64,000 nucleotides of DNA from Zygnema circumcarinatum SAG 698-1b (lineage: Eukaryota; Plantae; Zygnematophyceae). Both the position numbers and the translations under genes were made by a program. Positions 1-19,564 of this stretch are shown here, piece by piece (position 1 is the stretch's first letter; every line of letters begins with the position of its first letter). The notes beneath the pieces are model-generated. The model worked only from the letters and a program-made list of their open reading frames with translations. It searched no databases and was not told the DNA's origin. Location of the stretch: assembly GCA_037447605.1 (NCBI GenBank), contig CM074813.1:3224272-3288271 (forward strand), given 5' to 3'.

Positions 1-579
1 CTACACTGCTGAGATCACTCTCAAAAGAAGTAGCACAATGATACAAAAGTTTACATAAATGAACTCGTGCTTTTACAAACTGGCTGAGCGCTATGTTCCC
101 TACATGGAACTCGCCAGGGCCATAGACACTGCCTGTACGAATTGACGCGCCTGACCATTACTATGGGGCCATTGGACGCACGGTCTTAGATGAAAGTACC
201 GCTCAGAACAAAGAATTAAAAAAATTTGTTATCCAAAAAAAAATAAAACATACTCTACCTCAAAACCTCAGAGTCCCTTCCATTAAAAAGGTGGAGAGAC
301 TGAACGAAAAGGAAAAACCCCAAGCTCTCACGGACTCGAGCAAGCGGCAGGCAGCGATCTCCCTCGGCGGCAGCTCGGCTCGCCTCCGCCCACAGTTCGC
401 CGGCCGGATGGTTCTCTGCCGCACATGCATGCAGTCGCTGCCTTCCACGTCCTTATCGAGCCTCCCTTTGGCTCTCTGCCTCCCAGACGCCCCCTCCATA
501 TACAATGGAACAACATGGGAACGCAATAACTGCCTCCCCTGCATCTGTAGGTATGCCGCGGAGGGCGCGGGCCTAGGCC

Positions 580-2254
580 CTACGGGCTGCCGGAGGAGAT
601 GCCTTGACGCTTGAGGCGCGCCATGCGGCGGAGGAGGCGGCGGAGGTGGTTGGAGTGGTCCTCGCGGGCGGTCTTGGAGAGGCGGCTGACGCTGGCGGGG
701 CCGTAGCTGTCCGGCCCGCCCACGCCCCACTCGAACCAGTGGCCGCAGTTTGAGAACGTGTAGTGGCCGGGCACGTCCGCCTGGAACACGCTGCTCGCCA
801 GCACGTAGGTCGGCGAATACCCGCACGCTGAGTCGGAGTAGGTGTAGCACGCGCCTGCAGGCAGCCATACACAGCGGAAGGGCGGGGGGGGTTAGGGCAC
901 CGCGGAGGGGGGACTATCGATTGAAGGCAATTGAGGGCGCAGAGGGGCAAATCACCTGTGAGGTTGCCGGCCGCAGGGTTGGGCGCCCAGGACCACCAGG
1001 AGCAGCCCGAGTCGTCGAGGCCGTTCCGGCAGAGCGCGCAGCAGTCCCCCACGCTGAGCGCGTCGCCCTGCCACTCCTCCCCTCCGTACGGCGACACCAC
1101 GCGGCCGAGGTGCTCGCTGGGGTACGCGGGCGGGGCCGCGAGGACCGCGGGGAGGCTCGCGTCCGTCGGGCAGACCGCGCAGTCCCAGCTGCCGTCCGCC
1201 AGCGGACACAGCCCGGGCTCTTCGGCTGGGGGCGGAGGAGAGGGAGAGGGAGGTGGCGAACGAGGAGGACTGGGTGGAGGAGAACGTGGAGGGGAAGGGA
1301 GACGAGGTGAACGCGGAGGAGGAGTGGGACGTAGTGGAGGGGGAGATGGCGGTAAAAGAGGAGGACGCGGAGGGGGAGGCGAAGGAGGGGACGGAGAGGG
1401 CGGAGGAGGGGGTGGTGGAGGGGATGGAGGAGGTGGAGATGGGGGGGGGGTTGGAGGAGGTGGAGATGGGGGGGGAGTTGGGGGAGGTGGAGATGGGGGG
1501 GGAGTTGGAGGAGGTGGAGATGGGGGGGGAGCTGGAGGAGGTGGAGATGGGGGGGGAGCTGGAGGAGGTGGAGATGGGGGGGGAGTTGGAGGAGGTGGAG
1601 ATGGGGGGGGAGTTGGAGGAGGAGGGGAAGGAGGAGGAGGAAACGGAGGGGAGGAAGTGGGAGGAGGGAAGGGAGGCGGTGGAGAAGGGGGGGAAGGTTG
1701 TGGGAGTACGCATTTGACATAGGAGTGATTTCCGGGAGAGGCGTGGGGCACCACGCGGAGGGTCCTGCGCAGAAAGCAGCCGCTCCGGACGCCCACCTTG
1801 AGGAGCCAGAAGCCGACGCACTTAGCGCCCTCGCGCGAGCACTGCCCCGCGCACTGCTGCGGCGTGCGGGGGAAGATCCAGAACAGGTTCCGCCCGAACA
1901 TGTTCATGTCCTGCACCAGCGCGTACCCCGCCACCTCGGCCCCGCACGACCCTGCACACCCGCCCCCCCCGCCCGGCTCAGCTCTGCCTGCTCGACCCTG
2001 CCCGCGCCACCCGCATTGCAGACGGGAGAGAAGGCGCTTTGGTCGGAAAAAAAAGTCTCATCCGTCATTGCAGCGAGAGTATGGAAGTAGGTAGAGAGGG
2101 TTGGGTGCATAGGCCCTGTAGTGGAGGATAGAAACGACAAGCACATGCGAGGCAGGTACAAAAGTGACGTACCGATGACAGGTGTCGTGCTTTGGGCGTT
2201 CGTAAAGAGCACCGCGGTGGCGAGGAGCGCCAGCAGCTTCCAGAAAACCGCCAT
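580..2254 (-). CDS. Secreted PAN/apple-domain, extensin-like proline-rich cell-wall protein (3 exons)
   Basis: Exons complement(2173-2254, 956-1951, 580-854) with GT-AG sites and matching phases. Signal peptide MAVFWKLLALLATAVLFTNA. Cys-patterned apple-like modules (QQCAGQCSREGAKCVGFWL; DCCALCRNGLDDSGCSWWSW) flank a long SPPPP/TPPP tract. Confidence 0.8.
1430..1625 (-). repeat. 27-nt coding tandem repeat encoding SPPPP(T/A)PPP
   Basis: About 7 copies of GGAGGAGGTGGAGATGGGGGGGGAG(T/C)T on the + strand. Confidence 0.85.
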
Positions 2255-3030
2255 GGCTCTGTGGAGGGAGGAAGAGGGAGGGGGGGAGGGAGGGAGGGGG
2301 GGGGAGGGAGGGAGATTCGCGGTTGGCAGGCGGTGAGCGCAGGCAGCGCCGCTTTAACCAACGGCCGCTCCCCCCCTCGAAGGGCGCTCGGCCAAGTGGC
2401 GCCGCGTGCCGTACGCTCTGCAGGCCACGTGGCGCCGCGCGGTTGGCGGGGCCGCCCCCGCCCGCTCCGCTCGGCGCCCGTTACCGTATGGTTTCGTACG
2501 GCGTTGTACGGTACCGCCCGCCTGCGGCGACCGATCGGCGCGCAGGTGCCGGCGGCAGGTCAACGTTTGTCGCGTAGCGTGGAAGTTCCCCGGCGCGACC
2601 TGGCGCGGCAGGCCGCGAGTTGCGCGCCCTCGTACGGACAGTGCCTGTACGGATGGCCGCCCGGGCGGGCGGGCCGCGCGTCGCGCCGCGCGGGGGCCGT
2701 CCGCGACCTGCGCGGCAGGGCGGGCGGGCGGGCGGGCGGAGGCAGGGCGGGCGGGCCAGGGCCAGGGCCAGGGGGCGGCAGGCGGGGGGCGGCGCAAGCC
2801 ACGTGGCGGAAAGCGGCGGATTCCCGCGGGCCGCGCCGCCCCGCCAGGGGGGACACCGGACATGGCGCTGCCGTCCGTACAGCGCGGGCGGTGAGGGGGG
2901 GCCTCACCACCCCGGTCGCGATGTCGGGAGGGGGGAGGAGGAGGAGGAGTAGGAGGCAGCCCATGGCCGCGAATGGCCCGCAGTAGGGGGGCACGGAAGA
3001 AAGGAGGGCTGCACAGCCCGGACCGTCGAA

Positions 3031-3160
3031 TCAACCATTGTTGCAATGGTTGCGAACAATTGATTCGCAACCCGACCAACCATTCCAATGGTGGCAACCA
3101 TTAGATGGCAATGATTGCCAACCATTGCAATGGTGGCGAACCATTGGATCTAGCCATTGT
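3031..3160. promoter_or_regulatory. Cluster of AACCATT(G)/CAATGG (CCAAT-box-like) motifs
   Basis: Five AACCATT and three CAATGG in about 130 bp, ~800 bp upstream of the apple/extensin ATG. Function is inferred. Confidence 0.4.
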
Positions 3161-4367
3161 CATCCAGAGGTTGGCCGCCCTGTGCGGGGCTGCGACTGCG
3201 CGGACTCCGTCTCAGCGTTTGCAGTGCAGTGCAGTGCCGTCCGCCCTCGCATCCTCACTATCCTTTCCTCGACAGGCTGCGGTTGTTGCCTGAAGAATTT
3301 ACTCGCGATGCTGAGGTCAGCAGCGAGATTGTGAAGTCACAGCAATTCCAATCGAGGTGAATGCCTCGCTGACAGAGCCCGACTTGGCCCCGACAAACGC
3401 TTCTCGCGCAAAGACACAGTGCACAGTGCGACAAGTACAGTGTCTTTGAGGTCACAGTTACGGTGCACTTCCAGGTGCATCACACGTGGCACTTATATTA
3501 AAAGGTACAACTATGAATGCACGACAGGCTGCCACTGGACTAGACAGGTTAGCGACACCAGCCTATGATGCCACCCCACAGACGGGCGTCTGCTTCTGCG
3601 CCATCAGCAGCGCGCGGCCGCTTTGCTTTCCTTGAGACCTGCGGACCTGCCTTCACGTTCAGCCTTATGGAATGGTCGCACTCACAGAGGGACAACACGA
3701 CCCGCCTCAGCACCCCCTTTCACTCCGACCGTCTGACGGCGTCAAAACTGAGCAGGCAGGTGGCGACTGCTCAGAGACCCCTTCAGGCGCATGGCAGCAG
3801 CGACAGCAGGTTCGAAATTATCCAGTGCGCACCGCTGTAACAGGCTCAGAGTGCCATGATGATACTGCCTCGCGTGCACGGGGGATAATTTGGAAGGCCT
3901 TCTAAGCGAAACCAAATGTGAGCACAGGAATTGCGCTTGAGTCAGGGCACTTTGCGCATACTGCCGCCAGGGAAGGGTAGGGGAGGGCGGTCGACTGGAG
4001 TGCCTTCCTGAAGTTCCAGAACTCCCATCACCCCCCCGCTCCTTGCTCGTCCGCAAGCCATCCATCCAACCGCAGCCACCTTAGCACAGAACCACTTCAG
4101 AAAAGCACAACGGGGTAAGCGACTCCAGCAACACAATGGACACTTCTTCACTATGCAATTTGAAGCCCTCTGCTTCCACCCCCTGCCTTCTCTCCGCTAA
4201 CAGACACCAACAAGGCCTCCCTAGCTCCCTCCTTTTGGACAGACACGGTCAAGGGAAGGAGGCAGCATTTCCTTATTTTATATACAGCTGTCCAGCACCC
4301 TTTTATGGCCTCCCTCTGCGCCAGCTCGTAGACCTCTCCTAGCTACGAGCCTCTAGCTCGCTTCCAG

Positions 4368-7300
4368 TCAAATCGACTGTTGCAGCGGCATCATCTTTAA
4401 CTCAGCTATCTGAGAATCCGTCATCTGCGGCTTCCATTGCGACGAAGATGACAGCGCCGGGTGGATGGCCCGATGTCTGGGATTGCTCGCACAGACCTTG
4501 AGGTTCTTCTCCCTCTCTGGCGGGGCATGGTGCACCTTTTCCAGCATACCCTCCCACGTTCCGAGGGGTGCAGAGGAGCCCCGAGTGGTTTCTACTTGCG
4601 AGGTCTGCCCCCCCTTCTGCCCTGCCCCCCTGAACGGCGGAATGGCGTCCACAGGCAGGGAGCCCCGGGCCGAGTGCTTGTCCTCCCCGCGCTCCGCTCC
4701 CCCGCCGCCCCCCGCCGAGGCGCTCCTCTCTGCAGGAACGTGCGCCGCCCCGCTTGCGGCCTTCTCGCCGCTCAAACTCTCTGTGCGCAGAACTCTCATG
4801 AGGGAGCCCCTTCGGGGAGATGAGCTCGTCGATCGAGCCAGCCCCAATTTCTCCTCCGCGGCCTCACTCTGCCAGCAGACGCGCAAAGGACATGCAATGA
4901 GTCCCATAGTTCAGATCAAGTGACGGAGGAGCTCAATGGATGCAGGGACACGAGAAAAAGAGACAGGAGCCCTCGCATCTTGCCTACTGCCCAGGAACAT
5001 ATCTCTGCTTTATTCGAGCGAGCCATCATCTCTTTCACAAGCAAGAGGAAAACGTGGGTCCACAACTCCAGCCTCGACAAAATCTATGCTGTAGCATCAT
5101 CCAGCCAACAATCAACCAACGACGACTTATCTCCTTTTGCAAACAAAATGGCAGTCAAAGGAGACTCTCTCAAAAACCATATTACAAGAGGGACTCAGCG
5201 CTGTGTCGGTATGCGGGGGCTCCAAGGTGGAGGATGGGAGGCCTGCACACCCGCCGAGGCCCCGCATCCTCCAGCCTCCACTTAGCCCCAGACTTACTGG
5301 GGACAGCCTGCATGTCCATCCTCTTTTCCTACCTTTGTAATCGATTTCATTTCTACTTCCAAGTATAATCCTCCTGTACCGCATGAAGAAGACCTTCTGC
5401 TTTTCCAGTCCTAATCAAACAGTCAAAGGTGGATAGGACATCATCGTGTAAGGCAGGAGAGTTGAAAAGAAATAGAGCTAAGCCGATACATGGGCATGAA
5501 AGAAAGAGAGAGTGACAACGAGTGCAGAAGTTTCTGCTGCGATTTCTGCTGACCTGCGCCTCCAGAAGGTCGTCTGTGGAGAGCGAGAGGAGGCCGTCCC
5601 CAAAGCTGGGCGGTTGCGCGGAGGCGGCCGAGCGCCGTACAGTTGCGGGCGCGCCAGGTGGCAGCGCGGGGCTGCCGCTGTCGATGCCCGCCTGCCAGCG
5701 CAGCTCGAGCATCTCCTGCTCGAGCTGCTGCTTGCTCTTCAGGGCAGTCCACAGGGAGGATTCCAGGTGAAGGTTCTGCACACAGGGACACACCAGCTGT
5801 TCAGAACTATAGTAGAAGGAAAAGCTCCTTTTGGATAAATCTGCTGCATTATTCAGAGCATAAAGCACCTGCATAGCCTCGACATGACTAGATGTTCGTA
5901 GAGAATGATCAAAATACAATGGGCGCAACCAGAAAGTCGTTCAAAGTAGCCAAAATGTCGACTAAAACGGTTTAGTTTGGAAAAAACAGAGTTTTGAGGC
6001 AGACCTGCCGCTGCAGTTCACGAAACTGACGATCCTTCTCTTCCAGGAGGTCCTTCAAACTTTCATAAGGGCAGGATGAGAGGTGGTCCTCCAAATCTCC
6101 TCGCATGCATATGTGGCCGCAACCGTGCCTTTGGTGAGGACACCGCACTTCAACACTGGGACATGTCTGCACACCTCATCCAATTGATCCAGTAAATTTT
6201 CCCACTGAGACAAGTGGTTTTGGTTACACAAGTGCAATGGGTATCACCAACACAGTTAGGTCACCACGTCACAGACAGCCACAAGACAAGGAAACAAAAA
6301 GATGAAAACAGTAGCAACCATCCTAAGAGACTTCGTACTTGCTGATGCTCTTCCCATATCTGAGTTCGCACTCGCTGACCACACTTGCAATCTTCCGACC
6401 GAAAAATGCACTCTTGCTCGTGGGCTCTGATCTGCCCTCTTCTTGACATAGCTTGGCATCCATCTCGCTCGAATGAGCATGCCACCATTACATGGCCACA
6501 CTCCTGCAAGTGCAGCGAGCGGTCCCCCAGGCGGAAGGTCACAGTGCAGCCCCCGGCAATCTGCAAGCAACAGAGAGTGCACAATAAGTGAATAAACGAA
6601 GAACAGCCGACAAGTTAGGGTTAGGTTTGGGTCTGGGTGAGGACATAGACTACTAAAGAAGGACTTACCCCAGATTCATATGTCTCTGTCTGAACATTGA
6701 ACGAGACGCCATAATCGCATCGAACTGTGATGCTGTCAATGAGGTCCCGCACAATCCAGCAAGGGCCAAGGCGATCTTTGCGAACTACAGAGCGGCAAAC
6801 AGGGCAGCGAGTGCAGGGGGTATTAGACGTCGGAGAGAGGCACTCTTCACTGTTGTTTAAACTCTGCAGAATGCATCTCTCGCAGAACGTATGTCCACAT
6901 GGCACCGTTGTTGTTGGCTGGTCAAGCACATCAAGACAAAGTGGGCACCTGGCAAATAGCAGCACAGTATAAGAGTGGCCATATCAGCCGAGTACAAAGA
7001 GTTGACTGGAAAGTCAAAAGGTTGACAGAAGTACCAAAGCACAGCAATACAAGAGACAAACTCTCAGAGGAACTGCCTGACCACTCATTGCCAGTGTTGA
7101 ACCTGTATCAGTGACACACAACATCAAAAAGCTTGTCATATGCCCCTCGACCACTGTGCTGATTTTAGAATCCCTACAACGATACATTGGAGAAAAGAAG
7201 CTGCTTGCAGCTCATGAAATCTTTGCCTTGATTGATTGGCACCAAAAATCTGCAAGTGGTCCCTAAAAATTTCTTTTTCCATCCTTCTTTCTCAACAACT

Positions 7301-8662
7301 TGTAATCGAAAAAATTGTAAAAGCATTCAACACAATAGTTCTCCGATAGAACATCCGCGTCCACGCCAGAAGAAGAGTCACCAAATTCTTGAAGAGAATT
7401 CTAAAGTCCAACTCTCACTAGTTAAGTCATCACTGTATAGAAAGACAACCCCTACGGACAGCCTTAAGGAAGGCTTAAAGAAGAGTAGGAGAGCCGGTGT
7501 CAATAATTTATCCGTCTTAAACAACGCTGGCTATAAATCCAAAAACGTTCAAGAACTTCACAATCATCAGATCCTAAGCTCCGATTTGAAACCATGGGTG
7601 CCAAAAACCCGTGTTTGCACTATCCCGATGTTGGATCTTGTCGCCAAGAACAAGCACGTCTAACTTCAGTGTCAATGAGAAATAGCCTACAGCTGACGAA
7701 CTTAAAAAAAACTTGTAGCATGTAATTACCGACAAAATAAGTTCACGTGGACAACACACCTATGATGGGGAATCAAACTACGTCGAGCAGAAAGACGCAA
7801 TCATAAATCAAGGAGATACTACATCTGCGGTCTCTCAGCGGACAGGGACATAAACCTCAAATAGTGGCGAGAAACAGACACCGAGCAAGAAAGCCAGGAA
7901 CAGGAACGGAGAAAAAAAACTTCGAATAACCAACAGATAAGGAAAGACGATGGATGAGGGCAAGTGTAGCGGGTATGAAGAAGCAATTGAGAAGATTCAA
8001 AACACACGGGACTAACAAAGAAAGTAGTGCGAGGACACAGGAAGCGGGACGCAGAAAAAGCAGACGGACCAAGTCTGAATGCAATCGGCCATGCACGTGC
8101 CAATTTCTCAGAGGCAACGCGAGAGTCAATGAGAGTGAGAGAAGTCGTATTCAGCTGGTAAATCGCTTCCCGTGCTCTGTGCAAACCCATTTCTCTCCGG
8201 ATAGCCCCACCATAGTCTGCGAGGTTGCAACCCTAATCTCTGCCGGCACATGCAATCTGACAAACTACCGACCCTGTTGCAATTGCTGCCAGAAAGTGAC
8301 GGGCCTCACTACTTATCGGATGCTAGCAGGTCTCAAGCGCCGATGCCTTGCGCACAGTGGTGACGTGAAGGAAGCGTGAAGATGCGGCAGTGAGAAGGAA
8401 GGCGAGCGAGCAAGCCGCGCGGCGGGAGGCCGGCGCGCGGGCGAGCGCACCTGAAGCCCTCGGGGATGGGCGCGGCGGCGAGCTCCTCGGCGGTGGGCAT
8501 GCGCGGGATGGCGGAGGCGCCCTCGCCCGCCACATCGCTGGAGCCGCGGATGGGCGCGCGCCCGGACGCTGGCGCCTGCGGCGAGCTATGATACCGCAGG
8601 TATGGCGGCGGCAGGTCCTCTGGATACTCGCGCACGGACCCGCTCAGGCTCAGGCCCGCCAT
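4368..8662 (-). CDS. RING-finger + TRAF-type zinc-finger protein, putative E3 ubiquitin ligase
   Basis: Exons complement(8451-8662, 6669-6948, 6339-6560, 6005-6166, 5554-5775, 4368-4868, with a possible 72-nt intron 4425-4496), all phase-compatible. C3HC4 RING: CPLC...PCGHTFCERC...RCPVC. TRAF/SINA-like fingers: LHLQECGHVMVACS, RAHEQECIFR, VRCPHQRHGC, EDHLSSCPY. A coiled coil follows. The start codon is uncertain. Confidence 0.85.
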
Positions 8663-9126
8663 GGCCGCGCCCTGCAAACACAACACTAACTTTCTCACCA
8701 CCGGAGCGCGCGCCGGCTAGAACTCTGAGGTACACAGAGGCGGCAACGTGAGAGCGTGGCGGAGGTGGATGGCTGAGGGCGAGGCCCGGGGCCCGGGGGG
8801 CGGGGTAGGGTGGTTGCACCAAAGGAACGGCACCGTAGGGCAGGGCAGCCGCCATGGACGATGGACGTAGGGGCGGAGGGAGGGAGGGAGGGAGCGAGGG
8901 CGGGAGGCGCGACGTGACGTGACGCCGCGTGACGCCCAACCGCTCGCTCGCACGCCGGAGCCGGACGGACGGACGGACGGACGGACGTTGCCGCGCCGAC
9001 CCTCCCTCCTTCCCTCCCTCCGTACCGTCCGCCCTCCCTTTCCGTACGCCGGCCATGGCCAGTTCGCGAGGCGCCACTAGGGATGGACGGATGTCCGTAC
9101 AAGCGACTTTTAGAGTTTTAGATTTC

Positions 9127-9948
9127 GGAGAATGCTACTGCACCCCCTATTTTGGTTATTACACCCCCTTTTTTGAAAGAATTGCCTGCCCATTTTGGTT
9201 ATCCCACCCCCTGTTTTGGATATTTCACCCCCGATTTTGGATATCCCACCGCCCTGTTTTTTCCTTTTCACTACTGACTTCCAACATTGTGCAACAAAAG
9301 AAAAGGAGATCTGCATTGATCTCAAGATGTTGTTGTTTTTTATCGCTATGCCTGCCGATATTGATGTGAAATCCTTCGTGCTTGTAGTGCTCGGTCATGA
9401 CTTGTAAGCTCATCGCGGGTCTTATACTCAGTTGGTAGCATTTTTATGGACATTGCAAACCGAGAATAGGAGGGGAGGGCAAGGGAGGGCAGGGCAGGGG
9501 ATGGGAGGGGAGGGCAGCGGTTGGTTGCCAAGCGATAGTTTGGCACAGGTTTGCTGGGTCCGCCAAACAGTTGCTCGCAACCATGGGCAATGGTTGGCTG
9601 CGTCCATTGCACCCGTCCCATTGCGTTGTCGGATCCCGGTGCGAATCGGGAGTCGCGACAGAGGGTGGCGAGTAGAACGCGGTGTCGCCACATCCTTTGT
9701 TTTCAGTGTCATGTTTAGAAGGAGAAAGATACTGCACCCCCCCCCCCATTTTGGATTTCCCACCCCTCCCCCTTTTGAAAATTTTGCCCTCCCATTTTGG
9801 TTACCCCAAAAGAGGGGGGTGGAATATCCAAAATAAAGGGGGTGAAATATCCAAAGGGGGGGGGGGGTGGAATAACCAAAATGGGCGGGCAAATTTTTCA
9901 AATGTGGGGGGGGGGATAACCAAAATAGGGGGTGCAGTAGCATTCTCC
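9127..9948. mobile_element. Non-autonomous long-TIR DNA transposon (MULE/foldback-like MITE)
   Basis: Perfect 33-bp terminal inverted repeat GGAGAATGCTACTGCACCCCCTATTTTGGTTAT within ~135-bp imperfect arms carrying TTTTGG(A/T)TATNNCACCCC sub-repeats. Flanks TAGATTTC (9119-9126) and TAGATTTA (9949-9956) form a 7/8 target-site duplication. No ORF. Confidence 0.75.
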
Positions 9949-10172
9949 TAGATTTAAGTGTTAGAAGTTTAGAACCTTCTAATGCTCAAAAGTTTCAGAG
10001 TCTTAGAACACTTTTAGAATTACCGTACTACCATTGAATTTGAACTACAGTATCCCCCCTAATATTTTCCATTCGAGGACTTTCGGTACCCAAGAAAATC
10101 GCGCTGATTTGGAGGAAACCAAATTTCTCCGCACTTAGTCGGTGTTAATTCGGCCGGTGAACAGGAGAAATA

Positions 10173-10410
10173 GGAGAATGGTACTGCACCCCCTATTTTG
10201 GATATCCCACCCCCTTTCGAAAATTTTGCCCTCCCATGTTGGTTATCCCGCCCCCGGTTTTTGGATATTTCACCCCCTTCTTTGGATATCTCACCCCCCT
10301 CTTTTCTCCTTTTAACTACTGACTTCCAAAATTAGGGGATTTGCATTGATCTCACGATGGTGAGGCCATCAAACGAACACGGACGAAGTCAACATGGGGA
10401 ACCACGACAA
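10173..10410 (+). mobile_element. Additional left-arm copy of the same TIR family
   Basis: GGAGAATGGTACTGCACCCCCTATTTTGG...CTACTGACTTCCAA...GCATTGATCTCA is colinear with 9127-9330. An inverted sub-repeat fragment lies at 10620-10650. Confidence 0.65.
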
Positions 10411-10786
10411 AGTAGTCCCAAAAGACCTCAGCACAAAATAAAAAAACTAGGAGCAGAAAACTAAAATAGAATCTAAACTAAATTAGGCCTAAGCGCAAAA
10501 ACGCAGCCCTAAAAGCAGCCGCATAGATCACCGATGTGGGCAACCGTTACTCTTTGTTGTTATTCTTCGTTTTGGGGTTAGGATCGTAGACCCCCTTATT
10601 AAGGCAAGTTCTTAAGTGCCAAAATAGGGGGGGGGGTGAAATATCCAAATGACCCAGCCAACTGCTGCCAATGGTTGAGGACCACTGGGGATGATTGCCA
10701 ATCATTGCTATGAAAGAATACTTGCCAAGTGTTGGCAGAGGATGGCGTTGGGCCTTGCACCGCCTTCCCGCGCTTTTTCGTTCCGT

Positions 10787-10794
10787 TTTCCCGC
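10787..10794 (+). promoter_or_regulatory. E2F-binding site upstream of MCM3
   Basis: TTTCCCGC exactly matches the E2F consensus TTTSSCGC, ~160 bp upstream of the ATG. A near-match CTTCCCGC is at 10764-10771. MCM genes are established E2F targets. Confidence 0.65.
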
Positions 10795-10955
10795 GCCCTC
10801 CCGCACCCTCCCGCACCCTCCCGCGACAGCGCGCCGCGCAGCGCATCGGGTCGCGGAGGGGAGGGAGGGAGGGAGGGAGAGAGAGGAGGTGGTGAGGGCG
10901 AGGGCGGAGGGGGAGGGCGGAGGACGGGGGGAAGGAGGTGCCGGCGGAGAGCGGG

Positions 10956-18228
<7,273 letters not shown>

Positions 18229-19564
18229 AAGGTGATGGAAGATATTCGTCAGTCGATAGCACTGTATGCGGCAATTAGTTGGAGATGAAAAAACGGAAGT
18301 TGCGACTTCCTCTTCAGTCCGATGCATATGTACATCCTGAACGGAAAAGCCAGTCTGCTCGACCACGCGGCGGCACCAGTCTCGGCTCCGCACGGAGGCC
18401 GTGGGAAACAACTGAATGCTCGTCAATGGAGCAGCCGTCCTTTTCTTTCAAAGCATGGCTGTTGTAAATGGAGCACTGTACGTGACTTCGCTTTAGGGAC
18501 CATTGCCATAGTGCCGTTAGGGAAGCTCCCCAATGGTGGAGTGTACACAACGAAGCGCAACTAATAGTACTGACGTGTGCAAAAGCCTTTGTTGTACTCA
18601 TACTGCGTGTTGCTACTGAGAACCTTTGAATGACACCATCACCCTCCTATCCTCTCCGTTTGCCGGTACTTAAGCTGTGCCCTTCAAGACTTGATAAAAA
18701 ACCTTTTGTCAAACGCGAGTGGCCTCTGGAAGCGCTACTATGATCTGTTCATTCAACTTACTCTTGGAAGGCACAACTATCCCCCAACAGACGGTGGTAG
18801 GTACAAAACGATGCTCTTACTCCGCAGACATATCAGCGTTGGGCACGACTTGTTATTTGTAAGGAATGTGCCCTGAGGGCTTTCCCAACACATTACGGTA
18901 TACAGAAGGGCGATAGGGCGATTATAGGGCGATTCTCGCCCTCCTCTCATACACATCATTACCAACATGGATTCCAATCATTACCAACATGGATTCCAAA
19001 GCCGTGGAAAGCTGCCTTGAAATCCTTTCCCCTCCACATCACAAGGTCGCACTGTGAGGCAAGCAGAGAGGTACATTCGCACACGCCCCGCATGCCAAGG
19101 GAAGGGAAAGGGAGGCAAGCCAAGGGAAGGAACAGTGGGGCAGAATCATTACAGTGACCTTCACCGGCTTGCGAATTGCACTGTGGCAATCAACCGGCCG
19201 AGTATTCGCCAGTCAAAGCTTTATCTTTTTCTGCAGCGGCCTAAAGCTGCCTCGTCCTACGACAATTTGTGACAATACCATGGAAAAGAAAAAAGAAAAA
19301 AAGAATCTGCGACGTCTAGCAACTTTTGATTTCCCGCAATAAATAAATTAATATACCCCTAGCCGGTCCGGATTATTTATCGGATCTACTCCTGTATGCA
19401 TGCGTGCGTGCCTGCTAAACAGGACCCACATCCTTGTGCAGCACTCTTAAGAACCAAGATCTGTGCTTTTGATGCGACCAATACAAAATTAGTAATAAAA
19501 AGAAATGAATAATAAGTCCTGTCCTACCATTACCTTGCCCCTTCTTGACTGCTTCCATACAGCT

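Noticed and set aside
914-1821. Overlapping Gly-, Glu-, Leu- or Ser-rich ORFs
   Set aside because: They are alternative-frame and antisense shadows of the proline-rich exon.
7232-7663. 143-aa antisense ORF in intron 1 of the RING gene
   Set aside because: No recognisable motif, AT-rich, and no supporting gene structure.
18955-19000. Direct repeat TCATTACCAACATGGATTCCAA x2
   Set aside because: A simple local duplication between convergent 3' ends with no further structure.
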